Of a stretch of DNA of 64,000 bases, positions 36,260-50,118 are shown one piece after another (position 1 is the stretch's first letter; each line of letters begins with the position of its first letter). The position numbers and the translations under genes are program-made. Location of the stretch: NCBI GenBank assembly GCA_008632985.1, contig QPGO01000156.1, forward strand, positions 62,001 to 126,000, in the 5' to 3' direction. The notes beneath the pieces were generated by a model. The model saw nothing but the letters and a program-made list of their open reading frames with translations, did not search any database and was not told the origin of the DNA. Origin of the DNA: Psammoneis japonica. Taxonomy: Eukaryota.

Positions 36260-37252
36260 TTTCAAAAAGGTCCTGAAGTCTTGGTTATCTTAGCTTCTTT
36301 GAATTATTTCTTTTTGATAAAAAAAAAAGCGAAGAACACAGCATCTTGAGGAAACGAAAAAAGCAAAGATGGAACGAATGCCGAGAACCCCAACGAAGAT
36401 ACCCGAAAAGAGCGCCGCCTACCCTGATTCATCACAAGATAACGTTCGTATCGACTTTCGTGATAGAAGATACAGAGACAAAAGTAGCACTGGCGAGACG
36501 AACACAGAATCTTTGTCAATAGAAGTAGCATGACACGATACACGATTGACGTCATGTTCAATGCCCATGGGAATGTGGAGGTCTTCATGACTGCTTCCAT
36601 TCCTTCTCATTTCTCGTAATTTTTTGAAATCGCAAACAACGGAGTACGATTTACCCCTACCACCTATTCATTCTCTCATGCGAAAAACAAAAGACTTACT
36701 TTGTTGTGTTCTCGTTGTGTTCAAACTTCCTCTTTTTTTCTCGGTTGTATTTTGGTCGTGCCTGGTTATTGTGAGATCGTGAGGATCGCTTATTGCCCTC
36801 TCGTAGACGTCTACGTGACTGCGGTAGGACATTTTCGTCCCAATAAATGATTCGGGAGGGAAAATCGCTGGTCGCCCGCGCGCGAGCGAGCGCTCACAGG
36901 AAGTTATGGAGCACACAAACCTATACTCCTCGTCATATTCTTCTTGTCACTATCTTCTTTTCGGCGCCATTGCTGATTACAATCTCCTGCCGCCAATCGA
37001 AACATCACATGCCAAATATTACAAAACACCTCTCTCTAAAGAGAAGCGTTTGAAAGCATCATAGACCAGTAATTGCTTTCAATCACCCGGAACAATATGC
37101 GTTTTAGGTATTGCCGTGGTCGCGGAATACAGCTGAAACTTGAACTCAATCTCTAGCCACTTCTCACGAGATTGACACAAAAAGCCCTCATAGGAAAAAA
37201 ATGCATATCATGCAACATGGTATTTATAAAGCTCGCGCAAGGTCTCACATAT

Positions 37253-38281
37253 TTATTTTTTGCCAAAGAGACTCTCTTCAAATTGTTTCCACAAAATGCT
37301 GAACAAAATACCCTGCAAACCGTTAGCAAGGATCTTTGTTTCCAGACCACGAAACATGAGTCCTCGAATACCTGACTCGGCCAACACACGACGGACCACC
37401 TGTGGGTAGCTGAGCACTTCGCCACTGCTTTGCTTGTAAACCTTACAACGCGAATCGAGTTGGAGCAGGTATCCGAAACTGCACTGGAGCAGAAACCCAA
37501 CAAGGCGCGGCGTCCTAATTCCGCCACTTGAGTGTCTTGCTTGGGAATCTTTTCCGACAAAAAGTTGTAAGTGTAGAACCAAGGATAATGTCCCACAAAG
37601 GTTGCCGACGCGGCAGCCAAGGATCCAGAATACAAAACGGTTGGTCCGCCCGTCTTGATTTTTGTAACCACAGACGAGAACTGACCCGTGACCTGCATTG
37701 TGGTTTTGACTGTATCGATAGGCATTAAGAAGATGCGAAACGACGCAGCAGCCATACTAGCAGCAACAGTCTTGAATCCGACATTGAGGTCCTTGGTCGC
37801 TTCCAATGAATTCATCAAGGTAAGGATACCAGTGTTGGCTGCCGTGTCACCAAAACGCGACAAGGGACCCTGAACCAGCGCTGGAAGGACACCACGGTAG
37901 AATCGAGGAATACCTCCGTCGGCATAGAGTGTGCGGAGTGCAACAGGAAAGCTAGTTCCGTTGCGATATTGGTAGTTGACCTGCAAGGATTGGCACGCAC
38001 ACAGATTGTGAGCTAATTAGCATTGTTTGAAAAAATGAACACAAGTCTCGTCCGTTTGCCAACGGTTAGACGATCGTTTTGCTTTGAAAACAATAGCAAA
38101 GGACTCATCTACATGGTACCGATGTTCAACAATGACTTACCGTCGTTCTAATCCACATGAGGCACGCCACGTTTGCTCCCATTGCACATGCTCCCGCTGT
38201 ACCTCCTCGAATGGCACTCGCTCCGGCCTTGCTCATGATTTCGGAAAAGGAAAGGGGTTCTTCGGCGACTTTAGTACTCAT
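37253..38281 (-). CDS. Mitochondrial carrier family protein
   Basis: PIDTVKTTMQV, GGIPRFYRG, GIRGLMFRGL; intron ~37982-38140; frameshift ~37440. Confidence 0.85.
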
Positions 38282-38712
38282 GTTGGTTTGCTGTTGGTTA
38301 TTTTAAATTGAGTGAAGTGTCTTTGTTGTGATGCAATTGCGTTCCAAGAACAACCAACACGGGTCAGAGAAAAGTGTGCGCAAGCAAGAATGATGATGCG
38401 CCAGATCATATCTGGCGCCGATCGGTTTTTGGGTGTGACGTGACACAAGAAGTGCACACGTCAGTCTTGTTGCTCGCTCTTATTTTAAGGTGATGACGTG
38501 GCTTCTTCCCGCCAAAACGGATCAGTTGCGCGTTGATCGTCGCGCGAGTTCGCCGCGTCGTTCGTGCGTCACACGAAGATCGCGACCGCGACATAAACGC
38601 AGCAACACAAACACATCGCATCAACAACATCACACCTCCATGCCTGCCATCACATCAGCCTCCATAACAAACAGCACAGCTAACTTGGAACTCTTGCTCA
38701 TTTGAATTAAAA

Positions 38713-41046
38713 ATGAGAGGCATAAATAGAAAATTCCAAGAATTTATGTGGCTTGTGCTCTCGTTGCACTTGAGAGATGCATTCTGGGGCAGAACTAGCT
38801 TCACTTTTTGTTGCGCGTTTGTTGCCAACCGACAACTGGCCAACACGTTCAGAACTGGTCCGTTTATCTCAGAAAATACTGCTTTGCATGCTCGAAGAAA
38901 AAAGAATCAGTCTTCCATGGATGATGATATGAATCGATGGTACGATGAAGTGGATAAGGACGCAACGCCCGAGGATGTGTTTTGGGAAGAAATGGAACGA
39001 CAACGACTCATGAATCAGATTGGCGATTCTTCTTCTTCTGACTTGAACAAGGGACCCACTGCGCCTGCATCATCAGCCGGTCCGACAACGCCTGTTGCAA
39101 GTGTATCGACTGTTTCGAGCGTTCCCAACATGGAGAGTAGCAGCAGTAGTCCTCTCAACAAACCACCGTCACCCGAGGAGCTTCAAAGTGCGGAAGCGAC
39201 CCTTACAGAATATGAGGCATTCATGGTTGATGATAATTGGTTAAATGACGATCTTATAATGGCAATGGAAGAATTGAAACAATTAGACGAAGACAAAGAA
39301 GATATGGATATCGAGGAAGAAACCAGACGATTGGAACAGCAATTGGAAGAAATGGCCGCCGAGCGCGGTGAAGAGGATGACGACGACGACACAGCTTGGA
39401 TGCAGAGTGACGAACCCTGGGATCACTGGGGTGAACCCAAGCAGGAAAAAGATGAACCTCCTAAACTGAATCTTTCACCAGAAGGTGAGTTCTGTCGAGA
39501 ATACTAGTTGTGTAAATGTCTCGTTGTCTCGTTCACATTATAAATTGCGATTGATTTCTTCTAGCGTCTGAATACTTGCTAGACGACGACGAAGATGATG
39601 AGGAAGCCGCTGAAGAGGCACGCCTCGAGGAAGAAAGGTACCTGGAACGTCTCTCTGAATTGCAAATTAAGAGTCGCAGGTTGGAAAATGCACGAAACAA
39701 TCCCAAAGCAGCTGCCTACTTTGCCCGTAGTCCCGACGAAAAGGATGGTTACGATCGAATGTGGGTGAGCGCCATTGACAATGTCTGTTTCAAAAACTTG
39801 GCGGGTGTCTTTCGCAATTATGGCATTCAGTTTGCCGACAACTTTGGAGATTGGAAGGATGGTGAGTTAGAAGACGGCTTTGCCACAATTGAAGAGGTGG
39901 CATCTCTCAAGGCCAGGAGAGTGTACGAGGTGACGGGGCTACCGTGCATTGCATCTCGTACATCGTTTGAAATTGAACCGGTAGCAACGCCGTCGGTAGT
40001 GGGAGTGAACCCTGGTTCTCCGGGGCAACGACCCAAAACCAATGATAACCCACGCGTCACTTCAGGCTACCGCTTTAACGACATTGGGTTGCATGTTGAT
40101 TACATGGTAGAGGCGTTGAAGCCCTTGTCAGAGATTGACCGTGTCACTCGGTTTCGGACCTGCTTGTGCTATTACGATGGGGATATGGAAGTCTTTGACT
40201 ATGGCATTTGCGATTGTGACATTTACTTTGCCAATTCCCTCCGAACCTTTATCCCAATGGCAGCGGCGATTAATGAAATGTGTAAAACGCTCCAACTCAC
40301 CTTTGGATTGGAGTATCAAAAGTGGCTAAATGCCAAGGTGAGCGATGTGGCTAGTGGTAGTGGTGGTAAAGCCAAAATCAAACTACGTGATCGTGTCCTC
40401 AAAGAGGGTAAGGTCCTTCCGAATGACATTATTGATGTATCAGCCTTTATGGATGCCATGGTGGATGTAGACTTGATGGATGAATGCGCCAGAGAGCTAG
40501 CGAATCGCTTCTTGGAGACAAAGCCATCCAAAATTGTGACTGTCGCAACAACTGGTAAGTGCCATTTTTGTTTCATTCCAGAAATAGTACCTGGATTCGC
40601 CTCATATCAAAATCCCTCGCTTGTTCGTTGCTTCAGGCCTCGTGATTGCCTTGCCCATGGCCAAGTATCTGCAGGTACCAGTGGTTTATGCTCGCAAGGA
40701 GCGTTCCGTCGTCATGGCTGACACGTACAAGGCGGCCTATTCTAGCAAAACCATTGGCAAAAACAATGAATTACTGGTGAGCAAGTCACACTTGGATCCA
40801 TCGGACCGGTGCTTGGTTGTTGACGATTTCTTGTCGGGTGGATCCAGCCAGGAAGCGCTGCTTCGAATTGTTTCCGAGAGCGGTGCCCATCCAGTGGGAG
40901 TCGGAGTGTTGCTGGAAAAGGTGTATGAAAGTGGGAGACAGTCGCTGAGTGGCTATGACGTGCCAGTGCATAGCCTGTGTCGAGTAGCGTCAGTCAAGGA
41001 TGGAGTGATTCAACTTGTAGAAGAAGAAGGGTTCGATCGAATGTAA
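38713..41046 (+). CDS. Xanthine/purine phosphoribosyltransferase-like protein with long acidic N-terminal extension
   Basis: VLPNDIIDVSAF, VVYARK, LVVDDFLSGGSS (PRPP loop), GVLLEKVYESGR; introns ~39484-39563 and ~40555-40636. Confidence 0.85.
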
Positions 41047-41088
41047 CAAAAATTGAGGGAAAACGTTGCTGCTACTACCTGTTATGTT

Positions 41089-42407
41089 TTAGAACTCGTC
41101 ATCATATCTCAAGCTGCTGAGTTCTTGGGCAAGCAACAGGGACTTTCGAACCAGCAACACACAAAGGAGAACTAGGAGTATAATGATTGCATGAAGTGCT
41201 GGATCACTCAACCATGACACTTCCATTGTCGTCGAGTCGGTTTGGGCATCCTCCGTTGGAGCAGGTGCGGCTACTGCCGGAGGTGCGGTTGCTGCCTGCA
41301 CGGGCGCTGGAGCCTGTTCCGCTCGGGGAGGATTGCGTTGGGTAGCACCATAGTTTGGTCGCGTCAATGGAATCTGCTCCACGGTTTGGTTGCCGTTCGT
41401 TTTTGCCTCTGGTTTCGTTTCTGCTTCTTCCTCTGCAGCCTTGTTAGTCTCCACCTCCTTCTCCTCCGCCTTTTGCTCTGACTTTACCTTTTGTTCTGGC
41501 TCTGCCTTGGCTGCAGCAGCTCCGTCTTGCTGCTGCTCTCCGTCGTTTTTGGTTTCGTTTTGAATTTGCAAGAGCTGCAACTGTTCAATTTCCTTTTGGA
41601 ATCTAGCGCTAGGCTTTTTTTCTCCGTCTTGTTTTAGTTTGGGTAGCAAGGATTCCGGTTTGCCACATCTGGGACAGCAATAGTCAAGACTCTTCTTTGC
41701 CAAGCCTATATCAATTTTTAAACGAGAAAGAGAGTCAGTAAAAAACAAGAAACAATGCACTCCCCAATCACACCTACTCTATTTCAAAACTCACGCTTTC
41801 GTTCTTCGCTGGTCCAATCCAAGGCACCAATCGCCCCATCCGCGGGTGTGGGCAGAAAACTAATGAGTGCTTCCAAAATCAAACGGATTCCCCACGCGGG
41901 TTGCCATAACTCTGGATGAAAGGCGGAAAACGACAAGCAAACCTTGGTCCCGTTTCGAATCGACCCGAGGGTGTCAAAAAGACAATGTGAGGTGGCTTGA
42001 AGGGGTATTCGGGTGGGAGCTATATAGAAAGAAGATAACAGAAGAAGAGAGATTTGACTTTTAGTTTGAAGCGTTGTATCTACAGTTGCTCGAAAGCACA
42101 GCGTCGCCTTCTCCTCTGAAGATAAAACTTACCAATATCCTTCCATGATAGACCCCTCCTTCAAAGTCTGTTCCATCCGCACCACGAATCGTAAAATGCC
42201 TGTCGCGAGAAACAAGTAGTAAACATGAGTTGGAACTTTTTAACACAGCGAAGTCACGTTGTTACAGTATCAATTTTTCTAATAGACATCCACGTACCAT
42301 TCAAACATGTCATCCTCCAATGGTGCTGCATAGTAACGATCCGATGGATCCAGTGCTAGTTCACGGACATCGGCTTGGATACGGCGTAGCGACGGGGACT
42401 TGCTCAT
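41089..42407 (-). CDS. Tail-anchored ubiquitin-conjugating enzyme (UBE2J/Ubc6-like)
   Basis: LRRIQADVREL, HFTIRGADGTDFEGGVYHGRIL, GRFETGTKVCLSFSAFHPELWQPAWG; C-terminal TM helix; three introns. Confidence 0.85.
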
Positions 42408-42767
42408 GGTCAAATCTTGCTTTTGCGATTGTTGTGATGACTGATCCGTTGCCGCGTAGATTTGTACCAGAAGCTTACGTAGAAAGAAACGATTTATTCT
42501 TAGCGTTTATAAACGAAAAATACAAATTATTTTGAATATATATTATGTAATATCGCTGGGGAGTAACTTATCGGCATTCGACCGACGCAATCGACCATGA
42601 CGGAGACACAAAAGACAGCCGCCAAACGCAGGGCGATACAAGTAGAGAGATTGAAGACAACGGCAATAGCAACAGCTCCCCTAGCTAGAGAGTACTTCAA
42701 CAGACCGACACCAAGAACCCAACATACAGTAAAAAGAGAATAGCAATTCATCACACAGTCAGTCATC

Positions 42768-43133
42768 ATGTCAGAAGAAACAACAACAAAAAAGCATCAA
42801 GCTACCATGAAGGAAGTGGAAGAGACGTTGAGCCGAATATCGTCACACAAGGGTGTTCAATCCGTCATGATTATGAATCGTCACGGTGCCATTTTGCAAT
42901 CGACATGGAACGAAGCGGATCGATTGGAACATGCTTCGCTTTTGCTACAATTGGCAAAAACAGCGTCTGTCTAATTTCGTCCTGGACGACGAAAATGATG
43001 AGCTGTCCTTTTGACGTTAAGGTCCAAGAAACAATATGAAATCATGGTGGCGCCGGATAAGGAGTATCTGTTGGTTGTGTTGCAGAAACATGCAGGGACT
43101 GCAACTACGAGTAGTACAGAGAGCAGTGCTTGA
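42768..43133 (+). CDS. Roadblock/LC7 dynein light chain
   Basis: EVEETLSRISSHKGVQ...RSKKQYEIMVAPDKEYLLVVLQ; frame break ~42970-43015. Confidence 0.85.
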
Positions 43134-43268
43134 ATAAGTATGTTATAGAGGAGTCAAGAACGGGGCGCAAAGTGATGTCTCGTTGATCGCGATTGACTCC
43201 AAGTATAGTTTGATGTACCTATGAGACACTGCATGAATCGGCTCTCTAGAGTTGTAATACTCTTTATT

Positions 43269-46131
43269 CTAGTCGATTTCAATAACCTCAACAGCCGGAG
43301 GCGTAGCTTGTCGTGGTCGTTTGCCTGATGCCGCGGAGCTGTCCAGTCGGCATGTCGAATCGATCAGACTAGGACTCTTGTCTACTGCAGCACCTGATGC
43401 GTCGTCCGTTGCGATAGACACGCTACGCTTCTTGTCTTGTTGGGCTCGTTTTTGTCGTTTCCGGAAACGAACCATGAGCGATTGTTCCTCTTCGGCTACG
43501 CTGCTTTCGTCGCTACTGCTGCTCTCGTCCCATGGTGCCTGTGTAGAGTTACAAAACCTGGAGTCGGTGGTTCACTCTGTGGACTGGAGGCGTCTCTTCT
43601 AGAGGCTGCTGGTGTTTGGCTTCCGTCTCTTGGCGTTCCGACAAGACTCGTCGTTCCAAGACGAATCATTGGGCGAGAAGTCCATAGGGCGACAAGCCTT
43701 TGGTTTCTCCGCAAGTCCAGTTGGATGGCTACTCGCCAAGATACCATCTGAATCATCGGACATATTCATAGCTTGACAATCAGAATCGTCGTCATCTAGG
43801 GACATATCAACGAATTGCGCCTTCTTTTCTTTTGCGGCATTTCCGCTCGAAACAGGCGTTCTGGAATTCTTTGCCAAGTCAAACCCCACAGAATCGTCGT
43901 CATCTACCGACATGTCCACGAATTGCGCTTTCTTGACGCTTGATGAGGAATTTCTGGTTTCGGCACTGCTCGGAGCAAACGAAGGTGTACTACTGGTATC
44001 GTTTGCCCAGTCAATCCCCGGTGGGCTGTTACCGGCGCTCCAGGTTCTCGTGTTGAGTGCATTGGGTGAATCGTCGTCATCTACCGACATGTCCACAAAT
44101 TGCGCGTTCTTGCCGCCTGATGAGGAATTTCTGGTTTCGGCAATGCTCGGAGCAAACGAAGGTGTACTGCTGGTAATGTTTGCCCAGTCAATCCCCGGTG
44201 GGCTGCAAGCGGCGCTCCAGGTGCTCGTGTTGAGTGCATTGGGCGTTGCTACAACGTGCCTATCCCTTGAAGCAGCGCGGTTGAACTTTGGAGAATCATC
44301 GTCGTCGGATACCAAGAGGTCACTCACATCATATGTACTGTTGGGCATCGCTGTTGTTGTGGTTGATACAGTCTCGAGAGGTCGAGTCGACCCGCACGCG
44401 TCGCACAAATCAAAATAGGATGGGTTATCCATGGTGCAACTTGGACACGACCACTTCCAAGGCAATCGAGCTACACCCGTTGCGGCTTGGCGAGCTGCCT
44501 TCCGTTCGAGAGAACTCAAGTCCTGTAGCGAGTCATGTTTAAGACTGCCTCTTGCCGCCGGCTTCTTGCAGTCATCATTGGAACTCTCGAGCTCTGCCAC
44601 GGTCCGTTTCTTGGTTGCCTTCTTTCGAGCGGGTTTCTTCTTTTCCTCGGGGCTATTGGTAGTTTCCTCAACTTGATCTTTCACAGGCACTATCAAGTCT
44701 CCCTGCACAGCGCCACTCCCACCCTTGGTGCAAACGTAGTATAGCTCTTCGGCGCTCTTGGGCCCAATCCGACACGCTCGTTCAGCACTGCTATTGGTCG
44801 ACAAGTCCTTGACCAACGTTTTGCCATCCTCTTCAGACAATCCGTCAAATGCACGCATAAGCGCCGACGGCGTCGGGTAGGCTTGACTAATGGCTTGGAC
44901 CTTTTTATGGGAAAAGCTGGCAATCTGTTTCAGCATGGCCATTTGAATCGCACCCACAGTACGTGTACCAAGTTCACGATCTCGTTCCACACGGGCCTTG
45001 AGTTCCTTGTACGAAATGAATCGTTGTGTGCCCCGAGGTGGTAAAGGAGGCGTATCCATGACCATTTCGTTGAGCGACTCCTTCTTCTTTCTTCGTGCAC
45101 GCGGTGTAGCGTTTGGGGAACGAAACGAGGGGACAGAAGTTGTAGATAATTCTCCAAAGGCACTCGGAAAGGTTCGCTCAAGAATACGGCGATGCACTCG
45201 TTTGAGAAACCGCACAGTATCGTCCAAATGCCGGTCTGCACAATTTGAAAATTCAAATGAACTCGCGTTTCCATCATGGCCATGCGGAGCGTGTCTCCCG
45301 GACAATTCTGCACCGCTCCCACATCGCCCTCTACCAATAACAGATTTGTTGCAATCCACAATTCTGCAATCGCAGTCGCTGTTCCAAATACCTTGTCCCA
45401 AATAAACTCGACCGTAAGTCACTCGCAGTCTTACGCTCACAAATCGTACCCAGCATGACTTCTTGCTGTTTTGTTTGGATTTGGCAATCCACGCCATGTC
45501 CCCAATAGGCAAGCTCCGTTGTTCGCACGGCACGCCGCTCATTTGAAGTTTTGCTTGTACATGATCTCGAGGCTGTTCTCGCTTGTCCAGCAGGAGAACC
45601 ACCGTCCAACCGCTCGGATCGAGAACCATGTTTCTGATTCCTTGACTGCCTTGTCATAGGCAATCTGTTTTGCCGATTTCTGTGGTTTGCTATTTAAGAT
45701 TTCGTGTCTGAAGTAATTATCGATGATTCTTGTGAGGCGAGCGTTGTCTGTTTCATTCGTTTTCGAGGTTTCGAGCTGTTATTGTTTTCAGCAGTTTCTT
45801 TGGAGGTGCTGCTCGCGACAGACGAGGATCGACTCAAGGCTGCTGTCGTGGCCATGTCGTTTGGTACAATCACTCGTGCGGTATGAGCTCCCACGTACTT
45901 GAGCTCGAGTGCTTGTTTTCTCGAGACAATGGCATCGGGACAATTAGCTAAGGAATTCATGGCTTTCGTCACGGTAAACGCGTAGTGAGTGTTGTTGGAT
46001 TGCGCCGACTCTCTGATTTTCTGAAGCCGCTCCATAGCGGCCAGATTTGCGGGGTTTTTCGGCTGCTTCATGGTGGCAGTGCAAGCACGAGCAGCCCATG
46101 GATTTGCTGTGAATGTTTGCGTTGGTGGCAT
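43269..46131 (-). CDS. MUS81: Crossover-junction endonuclease MUS81-like
   Basis: N-terminal HhH (KAMNSL...ALELKYVG); ERCC4 domain LLLDKRE, LPIGDMAW, ERKTASDLRSSLFGTRYLEQRLRL, LLVEG; C-terminal HhH; RanBP2 finger WSCPSCTMDN...CDAC; several frameshifts. Confidence 0.85.
43891..44243. repeat. 177-bp coding tandem duplication in MUS81
   Basis: Units start at 43891 and 44068; partial third copy near 43783. Confidence 0.9.
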
Positions 46132-46538
46132 GGTTACAGCAACGACTACACTCTCCCAAAAACGCGAAACCTCTCAGCATGGAGCAACATCAATGAGAGT
46201 TCTCTCCAACGGTTTGAAGCCGCAAAGACGCCAACGGACAAAAATGGCGCGCTTAAGAAAGTAGTGACGTCACAATATTCATTGAGAAAGCCAGCCAGCC
46301 ACTCTTTTGATAGCGAATAGGCTTTCACGCTATCGTAGATTTCAGACCAATCTATCTATCTATCTTTCTTTCTACAGTATCTCTGCTGTTTTCAGTTTGC
46401 TTAGGCTCTAGCTCTAGAGTAGCTACTCTAGAGGGCCATAAGAGAGCACGACTCTAGAGTAGGGGACTCTAGCTGATGGCTACTTCTTCTACTAGCGTCC
46501 ACTCAAGTAAGTACACTCTAAAATCAATAGCTATCTTT

Positions 46539-48016
46539 CTAAATATCTTCTAAATCTTCGGAAATACAAGTCCACGACGTGCCCGAGTAGCTTCGGGCGG
46601 ATTGAAAAGGTGATCGTTCACCGTAAAACGAATTTGTGCCTTTTCTCTTCAAGAATTTCTTCTGTCGCTCCTTTAGCTGATCGTCTAGCTGGGCTTGCTC
46701 TTTTTCCATTTGCTCAATTTTGCTATATTCGAATCTAAAGTCAAGAAAAAAATCCCACCACTTTCCTTCGAGACGGATTGAACCAGGGTCGGGAGCCTTG
46801 AAATTGCGGTACCGTAAAGTAAGACCAACATTCCCAACAGTTGCAAATAGCTCCACTGAGTCCAAGGTTCACCAAATTGCCTCGTAGAGGCATGGTAAAT
46901 GACATAATATGTAAACAAGTCCGTGCTCCAGACCGTAATGGGTCGAAAATTGTCCAGATGGCGTGCCACACGCTGTTTAGCATAAACGTGACAAGCACCG
47001 CAAATAGGTTGTAACAAAAGACCGACAAGAAATAAACCATAAAAGAGAATTGAATGGTGGGCGAGTTGCGCAACATCACCCACGTATTCCACGGGTCTTC
47101 ATACGATCCATGATCGGAACCTGGCAAGTAATAAACCAGGGGGTACACCACAATCAAGCATAAAATCGTTCCCCATAATCCCTCCATGCCGATAAGGAGC
47201 AAAGGAGGCGATGGAATATCCATTGTCATACCTTTTCTTCAAATACGAATTGACACGCCTGGACAAACGCACCACTCAAGACCAAGACGACACCCAAGAA
47301 TGCTTTTTCCTCGTGCGCATCTTCGATTCTTCCTCTGTGACATTGGAAGCTCCGGCGAGAATGGCTGTCATTCCCACCAAACAGACGCTTACAACATTCC
47401 AAAACACACCCAACCATTGAAAGCCAAACAATTTATCTCTCAATAAATGGTGCTTCATGAGAGCCACAAATATGATACCCGATCCACGAAGCAATTGGTA
47501 AATACTAACGTCGATATACCGAAGACCCATCATGCACAGCGCTGTGGCACCCAAATCAAAGACTGACGGGATTGCCAATAAAAAGTACATCCAAATGGGA
47601 ATCGGCACTTTTTCATAAGATGCTACATCGTCTTGTGGTAGAGAATTTGTATAATTTTGCGGTTTGACGCCATCGGCCTGCGTTGGCGGAAGGAGGGCGT
47701 CAGATTCCGTAGCATACTCTTTCGATGGTCCTTTTTCTTTCTCCGCGTTGAATTCATAACCAGGAAAAGGAATTTCAAAGAAAACGACAGTCACGTGCAT
47801 TATCAAACCAACAAGCATCCCCACAAACATACCAAAGGTTTGAAAAATCGGCTTCTCAAACACTTCTTCTTGTCCCGTCATGCCAATGCCTCGAAGCTCC
47901 ATCATTGTTTTGGAACAAATCGAACATGCTGTACCCGAAATGAGAGCCAATGTGAAAATGATAATTTCGGTAAATCCACACTTGTTGTGGGCGGATGATT
48001 CGCCGCCGCTTGCCAT
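46539..48016 (-). CDS. SLC35F-like / DMT-superfamily transporter
   Basis: FEKPIFQTFGMFVG, PSVFDLGATAL...SIYQLLRGSGIIF, QFVFEEK, GMEGLWG, LDNFRPITVW; frameshifts. Confidence 0.85.
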
Positions 48017-48252
48017 GGTGATCGTCACGACATGTGTATGACAGGATGGGTGTCAAGAAAGTGTCAAGCGCACGAACGAAACTATCGCGGCTTGCGGTCG
48101 TGGAGATTTTTTTTGAAATTTCAGTTGCCCGGCAGGCGCGCACTGTCTTCAAGTTGAGGTCTTTCTGACGGCCCATTTGGCCCCGCATCATGCATCTTCC
48201 TCCTCGACAAACACCATGACACCGCTCATCAACACACCCTTCTCTTTGTAAT

Positions 48253-49228
48253 ATGCTCAAAATCATGTCGTCGTGTTTAACAGAGCTACTTGCCATGCCC
48301 CCGATTGGCCTTGGCTCCTTTTGTATGGCTCGTGAACTGGTTCCTCAAGCCGTTCATGACGCCATTGCCGCAGGATATCGTCGCATCGATTGCGCTCCCG
48401 TCTATTTTAACGAGGACGCGATTGGGGATGCACTGGCCAACGAATTGGATGCGGGCTCGGTCAAACGAGAAGACTTGTACATTGTTTCCAAATTACCCAG
48501 TCCCTTTCATAAACGACAACACGTGGAAATTGCGTTGCGCAAGACATTGACGGATTTGAGATTGGATTATTTGGATCTGTACTTGATTCATTGGCCTGTC
48601 GCGTTTGATTATGTGAGATTGATCCGAATGTTCGTGGTTGGGAGAATGAAGATATTGATGACTCTGAGGATGGAAAAGAATTGATACAACCGTCAGCATT
48701 AAGGAAACGTGGAGTGCCATGGAGGATCTGGTAGACAAGGGACTCGTCAAGAATGTGGGAGTTTCAAACTTTCCTGTATCGCTCTTGCATGAAACCATGT
48801 CTGGAACTGTTCGCTACAAACCACTCGTCAATCAAGTGGAGCTTCATCCCTATCTACAGCAATCCAAACTATTGGCCTATTGCAAGGCACGCGGCGTACA
48901 TGTTCAAGCGTATTCACCTTTGGGGAGTCCTGGATTCAAGGAAGAGGGAGAACCGACAGTGTTGGACGATCCAGTCTTGCAGGAAATTGCCAATTCCAAA
49001 AAGCTAACGGTAGCTCAATTGTGTTTACTATGGTCGTTGCAACGGGGATGCTCCGTAGTGGCAAAAAGTACTCACAAGAATCGACTAGAAGAAAACTTTG
49101 CGGCTACAACTAGTTGTGTATCTTTGACCGATGAGGAGATGAAACGCATAGCTGAAATAGATCGAGGCTACAGATACTTTCGTCCCGAAGAGTGGTGGGG
49201 AAGTATGGCCATGGCTGTGTTTGATTAA
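48253..49228 (+). CDS. Aldo/keto reductase
   Basis: GYRRIDCAPVYFNE, LDYLDLYLIHWP, VGVSNF, NQVELHPYLQQ, AYSPLG; frameshift ~48620-48690. Confidence 0.92.
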
Positions 49229-49377
49229 AGAAGTAATGTTACTTTCCTCGACAATGATTTTTTTTAGTACTGCGAGCACCTCACGACTCCATCTTCGCTT
49301 GAACCGGATTCTCGATTTAGTTTAGCATAAAATAAAAAGCAAAACGTCTCAGTCCAGCGCCATTGCTTTCCTCGAAC

Positions 49378-49902
49378 TTAGCTAACCTTTTTGGTTCTTG
49401 AAGGCCCGGCAGAAGACGTCGCGTCTCCTTGCAAGAGAGACGAAAATGCAATGTACACGAGCCATGCTGGAAACAAAATCCAGGGCAGGTAAATAGCAAC
49501 CGTCTGAAGTTTTTGAGCAAGTGTCGAGTCTAGATTCAAAACAATCGTTGTCATGATTGGAACCATGGTTGTAAGTGTATGGGATCCATACACGAGCGAC
49601 GCCGCCGGAAACCACGTGGCCCCGCTCCGATTCTTGATTGCCACGAACGCCGCCACGTAAAAGGGCAACTGAATAAAAAATTCACACGCAATAAAGGAAA
49701 CAAACCATGGTTCGAGTGGTTCTAGCATGTTGGGGTCTTGAAAGTCTTGAGCATAATTTGCCGCTACTTCTCGCAAAACTTGAGGATACAAATTTGCGGG
49801 AAGCAAAGCTTGTGCATCCATAAAGATTGTTATCGGGATGTGGATCACAAAGAATACAAGGAATGCCATGCGCGTGGGTCCATCTGTCATGAGAGCCTCC
49901 AT
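49378..49902 (-). CDS. TMEM97/EXPERA-domain membrane protein
   Basis: HIPITIFMDAQ, WFVSFIACEFFIQLPF, YGSHTLTT, YLPWILFP. Confidence 0.85.
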   Translation of the reverse strand: MEALMTDGPTRMAFLVFFVIHIPITIFMDAQALLPANLYPQVLREVAANYAQDFQDPNMLEPLEPWFVSFIACEFFIQLPFYVAAFVAIKNRSGATWFPAASLVYGSHTLTTMVPIMTTIVLNLDSTLAQKLQTVAIYLPWILFPAWLVYIAFSSLLQGDATSSAGPSRTKKVS

Positions 49903-50118
49903 GGCTGGTATAAGCTTATATCAAAAACAATCGGGCGCTGCAATGAGTAATCTTGAATGACGGCTTTGCGGTTCATTGTTGGAACGCGTTGAAGAAAGAT
50001 CGCGAAAAAGCGCGGGAACGTCCGTCATGCGTCCGTCGGATCCGAATGACGTCATCCGTTCGCTCTCACTTTTTTTTGTTTTTTCGGCTTGCTCACAACC
50101 TACAACCTCCGACAGCTC

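Noticed and set aside
46340..46530. CTCTAGAG/CTAG-rich repeats (also ~60710-60910) as CRISPR or a structured element
   Set aside because: Irregular low-complexity intergenic sequence with no fixed repeat-spacer period
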